Made by a program: the position numbers and the translations under genes. A DNA stretch of 44,904 bases from an uncultured Ignavibacteriota bacterium (GTDB lineage Bacteria > Bacteroidota > Ignavibacteria > UBA10030 > UBA8401), in assembly GCA_903907305.1 (NCBI GenBank), contig CAIVNT010000208.1:1-44904 (forward strand), written 5' to 3'. This document shows positions 26,426 to 34,198 of the stretch, piece by piece (position 1 is the stretch's first letter; every line of letters starts with the position of its first letter). The notes under the pieces are model-generated. The model made no database searches, was not told the DNA's origin, and was given only the letters and a program-made list of their open reading frames with translations.

Positions 26426-27355
26426 CTATTGAGAATGGATGTTGCTTGGTACGATAAAAGTTTTTCCGGGGATGTTGTTCGTGAATCGTTCAATAATCTT
26501 CCGGTCCTGCATTGTCACGAATACATCTGTTCCGGAGGGGCCGCCGAAGACGAGATTACTGCAGTTCTTTCCCTGCAACATGATCTCGCGAACAAGTTTC
26601 CCCTCTGGTGAAAGGACGGCGATGGTCCCTTTGCCGTACCGTGTAACATAGAGGTTACCGTTCTTATCGCATTTCATTCCGTCCATGCCGAAATCGTTGA
26701 ATTGATGGAAGAGAGTCTTCCCGGAAATATTTCCTGCTTCATCAACCGAATATTTCCAGACGCAGCGCTGTATACTTTCGTTCACATACAATGTCTGTTC
26801 GTCAGGACTCAGTTCGATGCCGTTTGTTGTTCCCATCGAATCTTCGAGCAGATGCGATGAACCGTCCGGATCGATGCGCCACAGTTTTCCGGTATTCGTC
26901 TTCCAGTGCGGATCGGATGCAAAGAGCTGATCGCGCTTATCGATGCAGAGATCGTTCGGCTGATTGAACGAATCGTTGTGGGAGAATGCGGTCACCTGTT
27001 TTGTGGTCATATCCACTTTCAGCACATTATGCATCGGATAATCCGCCAGGAACATATCTCCATTCGAATTGAATTTGATGCTGTTCGCAACGCTTCCCGT
27101 GGGAAGTTCAACGAACAGCGACGCATTCCCGTTGTTATCGACGGTTCCGATGGTTCCGTTATGATTGAAGTTTACCACATACAGCATTCCGTTCTTGTCG
27201 AATGCCGGTCCTTCGATACTTCCGGTGAACAGATTCTCCGCGATGAAATCCGTTGACAGTGTCCCAACCGATGATTGAAAGATCGAACAGGAGGAAACGA
27301 CGATCGTGAAAAGAAAAAATCCAATGATTCTCATGTGTCCTGCGGGTTTATACAT
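26426..27355 (-). CDS. SMP-30/gluconolactonase/LRE-like beta-propeller lipoprotein
   Basis: Lipobox VVSSC; repeated EGPAFD, NGI, PNDL and GG...LFVT motifs of the six-bladed propeller. An alternative start at 27334 would remove the overlap with the NUDIX gene. Confidence 0.8.
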   Translation of the reverse strand: MYKPAGHMRIIGFFLFTIVVSSCSIFQSSVGTLSTDFIAENLFTGSIEGPAFDKNGMLYVVNFNHNGTIGTVDNNGNASLFVELPTGSVANSIKFNSNGDMFLADYPMHNVLKVDMTTKQVTAFSHNDSFNQPNDLCIDKRDQLFASDPHWKTNTGKLWRIDPDGSSHLLEDSMGTTNGIELSPDEQTLYVNESIQRCVWKYSVDEAGNISGKTLFHQFNDFGMDGMKCDKNGNLYVTRYGKGTIAVLSPEGKLVREIMLQGKNCSNLVFGGPSGTDVFVTMQDRKIIERFTNNIPGKTFIVPSNIHSQ

Positions 27356-27884
27356 GGAAGAGTGAGAGGGCTACAGCGGTAGACCACGAAAGGACCTTGA
27401 ACTCGCCGTCCAGCAGCAGCTGCATCATTTCGGCGCGGGAGAGGATGACGATCTCCTGTTCTTCAAGATCATCCGCGATGATCTCGCCGACCTGATGTGC
27501 TTCGCAGGCGAGGTAGAGATGGGCGAATCCGTTTCCGTGGTTTCCGTCGCACGGGAATTTCCCGAGAGAGATCCACTGGCGCGCTTCGTACCCGAGTTCT
27601 TCGCGGAGTTCGCGCTTTGCGCAGGCGAGCGGATCCTCGTTCGGTTCAAGATAGCCTCCAATGGGAGCAAAGGAGGTCCCTTCTGCAGCATACTTCGTTT
27701 GACGGAAGCAGACGAAATTCTCATCTTCATCCTGCACCACCACGTTTACATAGTCCGGAGATACGAGCCAGCTCCAGTTCTCAAGGATCTTGCCGTCCGG
27801 CAGTTCGATGGTATGGTCTTCCACTTTAAGCCATTTGCTGTGATCGAGGATGGTCGTCCGTGCAAGAGTCTTCCAGGGCTTCAT
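27348..27884 (-). CDS. NUDIX hydrolase
   Basis: Nudix box GGYLEPNEDPLACAKRELREELG. Confidence 0.85.
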   Translation of the reverse strand: MKPWKTLARTTILDHSKWLKVEDHTIELPDGKILENWSWLVSPDYVNVVVQDEDENFVCFRQTKYAAEGTSFAPIGGYLEPNEDPLACAKRELREELGYEARQWISLGKFPCDGNHGNGFAHLYLACEAHQVGEIIADDLEEQEIVILSRAEMMQLLLDGEFKVLSWSTAVALSLFHV

Positions 27885-27968
27885 GATGATTTATTGTCGG
27901 TGAAAAAAATGAATTCAGTATCAGTGGGATAAGATATGCGAAGAGAGTGAAAAATCAAACGAAGAATT

Positions 27969-28481
27969 TTATGGAACGTTCGCATACAACAGCGCGTCGG
28001 TGATCATTCCGTCTTTCACCACCGCACGTTTCAGACGCGCTTCGAGCACGTAGCCGTTCTTCTCCAGCACGCGGGCCGATGCAAGATTCCGGTCGAACAC
28101 ATCGGCATAGATCCGGACGATATCGAATCGGTCGAATCCGTATGCCGTGACCGCACCGACCGCTTCGGAGACGATACCGCGTCCCCAGAATTCTTCTCCG
28201 AGCCAGTAGCCGATCTCCATGGACTTTCGGTAGACATCATCCTTCGCGACAAGACCGATGCTTCCCACAGCGACACCGTCCACGGTGATGGCAAAAACGG
28301 TCTCATGAAGGTAAAGTGAAGCGTGCTGCACCCATCGCATCGCATCGCCGCGAGTGTAGGGATGAGGAAAATGGTCGCGGACGTTGATCCAGATCTTCCG
28401 GTTGTTCGCGTGTTTTTCCAGTGAGGGTTCGTCGCCGAGTTTCCACGGCCGAAGCACGGAATTTTTGAGCCGGAGCTCCAT
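27969..28481 (-). CDS. GNAT N-acetyltransferase (RimJ/RimL-like)
   Basis: IGYWLGEEFWGRGIVSEAV acetyl-CoA motif A, with GNAT length and topology. Confidence 0.85.
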   Translation of the reverse strand: MELRLKNSVLRPWKLGDEPSLEKHANNRKIWINVRDHFPHPYTRGDAMRWVQHASLYLHETVFAITVDGVAVGSIGLVAKDDVYRKSMEIGYWLGEEFWGRGIVSEAVGAVTAYGFDRFDIVRIYADVFDRNLASARVLEKNGYVLEARLKRAVVKDGMITDALLYANVP

Positions 28482-28484
28482 CCG

Positions 28485-28928
28485 TCAGACCGCTACTTTC
28501 ACGATTGCTTTTTTTACGGCCGTCATCGGCGGCTGAGGAGCGTGTGCATCTTCGGGAAAGAGGACTGCAAACATATCCGCGGCGAGGTGAACAGTAAAGA
28601 GAGGTGGATCATTATAGAACGACACATCGTCGCTCCCGTTATATTCCATCGCAACATTCTTACAGGAATCAATGTCGTGCCATTCCAGAGGAAAAGAACC
28701 TTCGATAGCGAGCTGAATGTCGATATATTTTCTGTGTGTCTCGAGCTTCCGGCGTTCATTTCCTGTGTTGTCACTGGCGATGATCAGATAGATGTCATCT
28801 CCTTCAATGTCATGGCGTCCTTCAGCAAGTAAACGGAGATCTGTTGTTCTGAGATAATCAAACGCATGCTTGAAGCTGGAGTGCATATTAAAATATTTTT
28901 CTGCCCGTGAGAGGTGATCGAGTATCAT
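28485..28928 (-). CDS. YhcH/YjgK/YiaL (DUF386) family cupin-like protein
   Basis: ETHRKYIDIQLAIEG...FAVLFPEDAHAP signature of the family. Confidence 0.8.
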   Translation of the reverse strand: MILDHLSRAEKYFNMHSSFKHAFDYLRTTDLRLLAEGRHDIEGDDIYLIIASDNTGNERRKLETHRKYIDIQLAIEGSFPLEWHDIDSCKNVAMEYNGSDDVSFYNDPPLFTVHLAADMFAVLFPEDAHAPQPPMTAVKKAIVKVAV

Positions 28929-29161
28929 TGAGGAGTTCCTTTCCTGTTTAGAGGAATGAAAATGGAGTGTCGGATTGGCTTTAGCGTTGCGAAGAAAGGT
29001 AGAAGTTTATGGGAAAAACCACAAGCGAATGTTATGGAGAAATTTTCTGTGCCGGCGCAGATAGGCGGATCAAAAAAGGGCCCAGAAACGGTCATGGAAA
29101 AATTCGTCCGGAGGGGGCGGAAGGAATGGTTCAGTTTTCAGCATAATAGGGCCGCCAATCA

Positions 29162-29791
29162 TTATTTCTGAAGCAGCTTGAAAGCGATCTTTGGTCCGAT
29201 TCCCTGACTGTAGGCGAGAGTGATCCATAATTTCGCAAGGGACTCGAGCATCTCTGCGCTCCGTAATCCTCCCACATCCACTGCATCGAAGCCGATCTCT
29301 TTTGCAAGTTCAGACACGATCTGCTTCGCTTCCGCGTCATCGCCGCAGATGAATGCATCGGCATGAACGGCGCCGAACATCACGTCCGAAAGATTCCCGG
29401 CACCGAGTGTGTTGAACGCTTTCACCACGCGGAATCCGCTGAGCCGTTTGGCAATCTCTTCCGCAGCGGAACTTCCCTGCGCCAGAGGCCATTCAGGATT
29501 CGGTTTGACGGGATTGGTGCAGTCGATGAGGATCTTTCCGGTGATGTCGACGATCTGGAATGCCACTTCTCCAATAGCTTCCCATGGTGTAGCAAGGACA
29601 AGGACGTCCGATTTCATCGCTGCTTCTTTCACCGATGCAGCTGTTGCCTTATGCTCCGACTCCTCAAGGACGGTCTGTACGCGGGGCGCGAGAGGATTTC
29701 TCACACCGTAGATGATGGAATGACCTTTTGCGGACCAGATTCTGCCGAGAGTTCCGCCGATGTTTCCTGCGCCAATAATACCGATCTTCAT
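29162..29791 (-). CDS. NADPH-dependent F420 reductase-like / NADP oxidoreductase (coenzyme F420-dependent family)
   Basis: MKIGIIGAGNIGGTLG Rossmann start, about 209 aa, and ...AFNTLGA... as in NpdG-like proteins. Confidence 0.7.
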   Translation of the reverse strand: MKIGIIGAGNIGGTLGRIWSAKGHSIIYGVRNPLAPRVQTVLEESEHKATAASVKEAAMKSDVLVLATPWEAIGEVAFQIVDITGKILIDCTNPVKPNPEWPLAQGSSAAEEIAKRLSGFRVVKAFNTLGAGNLSDVMFGAVHADAFICGDDAEAKQIVSELAKEIGFDAVDVGGLRSAEMLESLAKLWITLAYSQGIGPKIAFKLLQK

Positions 29792-29941
29792 AGTGTGCTC
29801 CCCGAATGTTTATAATGGCTTCGATGAAAGGTAAAGAATATTTTCATAGAAGGGTGATTAAAATTCTGTTAATCTTCTAACGAAATAATGTGTAGATTTG
29901 TTCAGTTCACCGTGTGTGAAAGAAAACCAACCGCCGACCTC

Positions 29942-31162
29942 ATGAATACTCTCGTCCGATATTTGATCTTCATCGTTATAGCCGTTCCTGCTGTATTTGC
30001 GCAAGAGGCACAACAGCCCGATCCGTGCGGTTTTCCCGATACCACTTCCATGGAATTCAAACTCGCCGCACTGGGGAATTGGGGATACGGTTATGACACG
30101 CTGAAATATGACCTGAGCCAATGGAAAATGAGTCCGTTCGCCGTTGTGGATTCCGTCGGTGCGACGGTGCAGAACAGAGCAATGTATGTCATCACCATTC
30201 AGGATACGTCTGCCGATCCGCTGAACAAACGGCAGCGCGTGTGGATGCATGCGCGAACGCATCCGGGAGAAGTGCAGGGTACGTGGGTGGTGAACGAGAT
30301 GATCAAGATGCTGCTTTCGAATACCGAGCTTGCAAAGACTTTGCGTCAGCGATACGTATTTAATATCATGCCGATGTACAATCCGGACGGTGTTGAAATC
30401 GGCAATGCCCGTGAGAATGCGAACATGATCGACATAGAAAGCAATTGGAATAATGTTTCTCCGCAAAAAGAAGTTCTCGTTTTAAGATCGCAGTTCCAGA
30501 AATATACGTCGAAACCGAATCCGATGAAGATCATGCTGAACATCCATTCGGCATATGACTGCACGCGGTACTTCGTTTATCACATGCCGGCAGGAACTAC
30601 GCCGACATTTGCCGCGCTCGAACGGCGGTTCATTGATGATGTAAGAATGAATTTTCCTAACGCCATTAAACCGTACAATTATTTCGTCAGTTGGACGAGT
30701 GTGCCCGCGACCCAATATCCGGAGAGCTGGTGCTGGAGCAATTTCAAAGATAAGATCATGGCATTGACGTATGAGGATGGGAACTGTGCTTCAGCCGAAA
30801 AGTTCGACAGCACGGCCAATGCGATACTGAAAGGGATCGACCTCTTCCTACAGGATACGACGGCAGTGACGTCGGTATCGTTAGCGTCGAATCTTCCGGA
30901 ACGGTATCTTCTCGAACAGAATTATCCAAACCCGTTCAACCCAACCACGACTATTGCGTACGAACTGCCGAACGCCGGAATTGTCTCTCTGAAAGTGTAT
31001 GATGTTCTGGGAAGAGAAGCGGCAATACTTGCGGAAGGCGAACAGTCATCCGGGCGGCACACAGCGCAATTTAACGGCGCTTCATTCAGCAGCGGGATCT
31101 ATTTCTATCAATTACGGTTTGGCGGACGGATCGAAACGAAGAGCATGCAGTTTATTAAATAG
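29942..31162 (+). CDS. M14 zinc carboxypeptidase with T9SS C-terminal sorting domain
   Basis: HARTHPGE (HxxE zinc motif), NPDG, and LNIHS. C-terminal EQNYPNPFNPTTTIAYELP...GIYFYQL tail. Start is set at MNTLVRYLIF (ATG 29942) with a signal peptide. Confidence 0.85.
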   Translation: MNTLVRYLIFIVIAVPAVFAQEAQQPDPCGFPDTTSMEFKLAALGNWGYGYDTLKYDLSQWKMSPFAVVDSVGATVQNRAMYVITIQDTSADPLNKRQRVWMHARTHPGEVQGTWVVNEMIKMLLSNTELAKTLRQRYVFNIMPMYNPDGVEIGNARENANMIDIESNWNNVSPQKEVLVLRSQFQKYTSKPNPMKIMLNIHSAYDCTRYFVYHMPAGTTPTFAALERRFIDDVRMNFPNAIKPYNYFVSWTSVPATQYPESWCWSNFKDKIMALTYEDGNCASAEKFDSTANAILKGIDLFLQDTTAVTSVSLASNLPERYLLEQNYPNPFNPTTTIAYELPNAGIVSLKVYDVLGREAAILAEGEQSSGRHTAQFNGASFSSGIYFYQLRFGGRIETKSMQFIK

Positions 31163-31166
31163 TTCT

Positions 31167-31193
31167 GTAGGACGAAGCGTCGCTTCGTCCTAC
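31167..31193 (+). terminator. Palindrome GTAGGACGAAGCG-T-CGCTTCGTCCTAC followed by GGTTTTATAATTT; probable terminator of the M14 gene and a REP-like unit
   Basis: Read directly from the sequence. 13-bp arms, 5 nt after the stop codon. Confidence 0.65.
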
Positions 31194-31233
31194 GGTTTTA
31201 TAATTTCCGTTTTTAGGAGCAGTACAAAGGCAA

Positions 31234-31258
31234 GGGACGAAGCGTCGCTTCGTCCTAC
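31234..31258. repeat. Second copy of the GGACGAAGCGTCGCTTCGTCCTAC palindrome
   Basis: The 24-nt core is identical to 31170-31193. Lies 21 nt upstream of the dCMP deaminase start. Confidence 0.8.
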
Positions 31259-31278
31259 AATATTACATCGGAGAGTGT

Positions 31279-31719
31279 ATGAGTGACAAACGTGTATCGT
31301 GGCACAAATATTTTATGAACATCGCAGAGCAGGTGGCCACACGCAGCACCTGCAGCCGGAAGAATGTCGGCGCGGTGATCGTCCGCGATAAGACGATCCT
31401 CTCCACCGGATACAACGGCAGTCTCCGCGGCGCTCCTCACTGCGATGATGCGGGACATGATATGGAGAACGATCATTGCGTACGGACGGTGCATGCCGAA
31501 GCGAACGCGGTCGCACAGGCGGCGAAACACGGCGTGCGCATTGACGAAGCGGAGATCTATGTAACGGCATCTCCTTGTTTGACCTGCTTCAAACTGATCG
31601 CCAATTCCGGAATCCGAAAAGTATATTTTATGGAATTCTACCGCGATGAACGGATCACCGAATACGCGCGTCAATGCGGAGTGACATTGGTGTTCATGGG
31701 GGAGAAGAAAACTCTATGA
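31279..31719 (+). CDS. dCMP (deoxycytidylate) deaminase, ComEB-type
   Basis: WHKYFM...A..S.RSTCSR..VGAVIV, HAEANA (zinc His/Glu) and PCLTC (zinc Cys pair). Confidence 0.9.
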   Translation: MSDKRVSWHKYFMNIAEQVATRSTCSRKNVGAVIVRDKTILSTGYNGSLRGAPHCDDAGHDMENDHCVRTVHAEANAVAQAAKHGVRIDEAEIYVTASPCLTCFKLIANSGIRKVYFMEFYRDERITEYARQCGVTLVFMGEKKTL

Positions 31720-31753
31720 TCGGTCAGTAGTATCGGTGACTCCGCAGGATGAT

Positions 31754-32473
31754 CTATTCCGCTAATCTTTTTTTCATATCGCCTATGCGGACCTGATCGC
31801 TGGCGAGAGTCTGCGGTAGGAGGAGGGTCTCAGTAAATATTTTTTTCCCTTTTTCTTTCTGACCTGTATCAAAATAGACCAGACCGAGTTCGTAGCGGTG
31901 CCGGATGATATTCGGTGCAAGACGGATCGCGGTCAAGAGCATTTGTTCCGCTTCGGCATATCCACCTCGAGGCAGACTGCCCAGCAGCATACCGGCCAAT
32001 TTTCTTTCGATCCAATTGATGTTTCCGAGTGCGCGGTAGAATGTTCCGTAGATGGAGTACGCAACATCATTGTTCGGATCGAGTTCGATCGCTTTGTCCA
32101 ACGACCGTTTAATGGAATTACAGAGTTCCACCTTCCTCCTGCTCCCCTCCGTGATTGCCTGATATCCCATCGAGACGGCATACCAGCACTGAACATTGGA
32201 ATTCATTGAATCAGCCTTCAATGCTTTCAGGGATAGATCGTATGCAGCATGGTAGTATTGTTGTTGAGATTCTCCGCTGATATCGCCCAGGCAGATATAT
32301 GCACGGACGGAGCGCCAGTATGCTTCGCCGCTGTTCGGATCCTGTTCAATCGATCGGGAGTACGATTGGATCGCTTCGTGGTACCGCTGTTCACGGAACA
32401 ATTGATCACCCGCAGAGATGAGAAGCGGATCTGGAACGGACATCAGGAACATGAGCGGGAAAAGCAAGTTCAT
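31754..32473 (-). CDS. TPR-repeat protein, last gene of the operon
   Basis: TPR-like repeats (YHEAIQSYSRSIEQDPNSGEAYW, ...AIELDPNNDVAYSIYG...). The ATG at 32473 overlaps the upstream stop as ATGA. Confidence 0.65.
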   Translation of the reverse strand: MNLLFPLMFLMSVPDPLLISAGDQLFREQRYHEAIQSYSRSIEQDPNSGEAYWRSVRAYICLGDISGESQQQYYHAAYDLSLKALKADSMNSNVQCWYAVSMGYQAITEGSRRKVELCNSIKRSLDKAIELDPNNDVAYSIYGTFYRALGNINWIERKLAGMLLGSLPRGGYAEAEQMLLTAIRLAPNIIRHRYELGLVYFDTGQKEKGKKIFTETLLLPQTLASDQVRIGDMKKRLAE

Positions 32474-33261
32474 TCCTCCGTCCGTTCCACTCTTTTTTTG
32501 GAGAATGGTCGGAACGCGAACCAATGCTGCGAGAAATATCCTTGCGGGAAGTTCGATGTCGAGAGTCCGTACGCTGCGGGTTTTTCAGGACGGGGAAGAT
32601 ACGCGGTGCCGAACAGCCAGTCCCACACGGCGAACTTTGTGGAGAAATTGATGCTGTTCCCAATCACTTTTGAATGATGCCAGCGGTGCATTTCGGGACC
32701 GTTGATGACGTACTGCAATGCGCCGGAGCGGACATCGATATTCGAATGGATATACATTCCCCACACCGTATCGACGATTCCTTTGATCAGCACCATTTCC
32801 GGAGCGGCGCCGAGAAGGATGATCGGCAGGAACTCGATCGTTTGATTGACCACGATCTCGAGAGAATGGGAACGTGCGCCGGCGAGCCAATCCACATCGC
32901 CGACAGAATGATGCGCTTCGTGGATGCGGTAGAGATATTTGTTGCGGTGCTGCCATCGGTGGAAGAGGTAAATATAGAGGTCGTGCGTGATGAGAAAGAG
33001 CAGGAACTGCAGCCACACAGGCCATGAAGTGATGATCTGAAAGCGGGAGATACCGGTCTGTCCGTCCAGCCAGTGAATGAAACCGAAGATCACCCAGCTG
33101 AGAAGATAACTCTGGAAGATGGTGTACATGCCGAGATCGGTCCAGAATCCTTTCCGGAACAACGGCTGACCGTCGGTGTACGGAATGAGCCGTTCACAGA
33201 CGATCATGATGACCGCGGACGAAACGATGATCACCGGCGAGAGGACTTCGAGACTCATCAT
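32470..33261 (-). CDS. Fatty-acid hydroxylase / sterol desaturase superfamily membrane di-iron enzyme
   Basis: His boxes HDLYIYLFHRWQH, HEAHHS and HRWHH, with 3-4 TM helices. Confidence 0.85.
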   Translation of the reverse strand: MMSLEVLSPVIIVSSAVIMIVCERLIPYTDGQPLFRKGFWTDLGMYTIFQSYLLSWVIFGFIHWLDGQTGISRFQIITSWPVWLQFLLFLITHDLYIYLFHRWQHRNKYLYRIHEAHHSVGDVDWLAGARSHSLEIVVNQTIEFLPIILLGAAPEMVLIKGIVDTVWGMYIHSNIDVRSGALQYVINGPEMHRWHHSKVIGNSINFSTKFAVWDWLFGTAYLPRPEKPAAYGLSTSNFPQGYFSQHWFAFRPFSKKRVERTEE

Positions 33262-34148
33262 GCAGCGATGGACTCCCGTACTCTTCGGAGTTTCTTGCGG
33301 GGACCGAGTTCGCTCTCGTACACTTTTTTTACACCATCGCCGACCGCTTTTTCAATATCGCGGATATTGGAGACAAGACGGATCAATCCGCCGATCTCCA
33401 CAGAAGCCGCCTGATCGCTTCCCCACATCGCACGGTCCAGCGTGATATGCCGTTCCACGAATGTTGCGCCGAGTGCAACGGCCGCCCAGGTCGTGGATAA
33501 TCCTGTTTCATGTCCTGAATAGCCGATGGGACAATCCGGGTATTTTGCTTTCAGTGTATTGATCATCTTCAGATTCAATTCCTCGGGCGGACACGGATAT
33601 GTTGATGTAGCGTGCGCGATCAAAATATTTTCCGTTCCGAGTTCGTTCACGGCATTCTCGATCTCAACCTGATCGGACATTCCGGTGGAAAGTATGAGAG
33701 GTTTCCCGGTGGCTTGTTTCTTTTTCAGCAGAGGAATGTCAGTCAGTGCAGCGGATGCCGCTTTGTAGCAGATGGGGTTGAACTGTTCGATGAAATCAAC
33801 GGATTCTTCGTCCCAGCACGAAGCGAACCAGAGGATCTTCCGGTCCCTGCAGTACCGATCGATCTCCGCATACTGCTCTACACCGAATTCCACCAAGTAC
33901 CGGTATTCCAGATAGGTCATCTTTCCCCAGGGAGTTTCTCGGATGATGTCGCGCTGTTCCTTCGGAACGCACAATTCCGGCGTCCGTTTCTGGAATTTCA
34001 CCGCATCACATCCGGCAAGAGCAGCGCCGTCGATCAGCTTCTTCGCGATCTCCATCGAACCGTTGTGATTGATGCCGATCTCGCCGATGATGAATACACG
34101 TTCACCGTCACCGACAGTACGGTCACCGATTTGAACTTTGTTACTCAT
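33258..34148 (-). CDS. NeuB/SpsE-family PEP-condensing (ulosonic acid) synthase, short form apparently lacking the SAF/AFP-like C-terminal domain
   Basis: FIIGEIGINHNGS, DAVKFQ, ILSTGMS, HATSTYP, IGYSGHE and VERHITLDR are NeuB TIM-barrel motifs. The protein ends at about 296 aa. Confidence 0.85.
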   Translation of the reverse strand: MSNKVQIGDRTVGDGERVFIIGEIGINHNGSMEIAKKLIDGAALAGCDAVKFQKRTPELCVPKEQRDIIRETPWGKMTYLEYRYLVEFGVEQYAEIDRYCRDRKILWFASCWDEESVDFIEQFNPICYKAASAALTDIPLLKKKQATGKPLILSTGMSDQVEIENAVNELGTENILIAHATSTYPCPPEELNLKMINTLKAKYPDCPIGYSGHETGLSTTWAAVALGATFVERHITLDRAMWGSDQAASVEIGGLIRLVSNIRDIEKAVGDGVKKVYESELGPRKKLRRVRESIAA

Positions 34149-34198
34149 ATGAACTCTCCGTTGATTTGATGATGGTTGATATTGATGTCCATGAAAAA

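Noticed and set aside
28956-29171. 71-aa plus-strand ORF in the reductase-YhcH spacer
   Set aside because: It has no RBS, is opposite in orientation to all neighbours, and its sequence is dominated by the repeated VMEKF-encoding motif. It is treated as non-coding.
29858-30466. 202-aa minus-strand ORF overlapping the 5' half of the M14 peptidase gene
   Set aside because: It is antisense to a gene with the HxxE zinc motif and a signal peptide. The product is His/Arg-rich and featureless.
31167-31258. Possible miniature CRISPR array (repeated palindrome)
   Set aside because: There are only two copies, both strongly palindromic, with no cas genes. This is better explained as REP-like units or a terminator.
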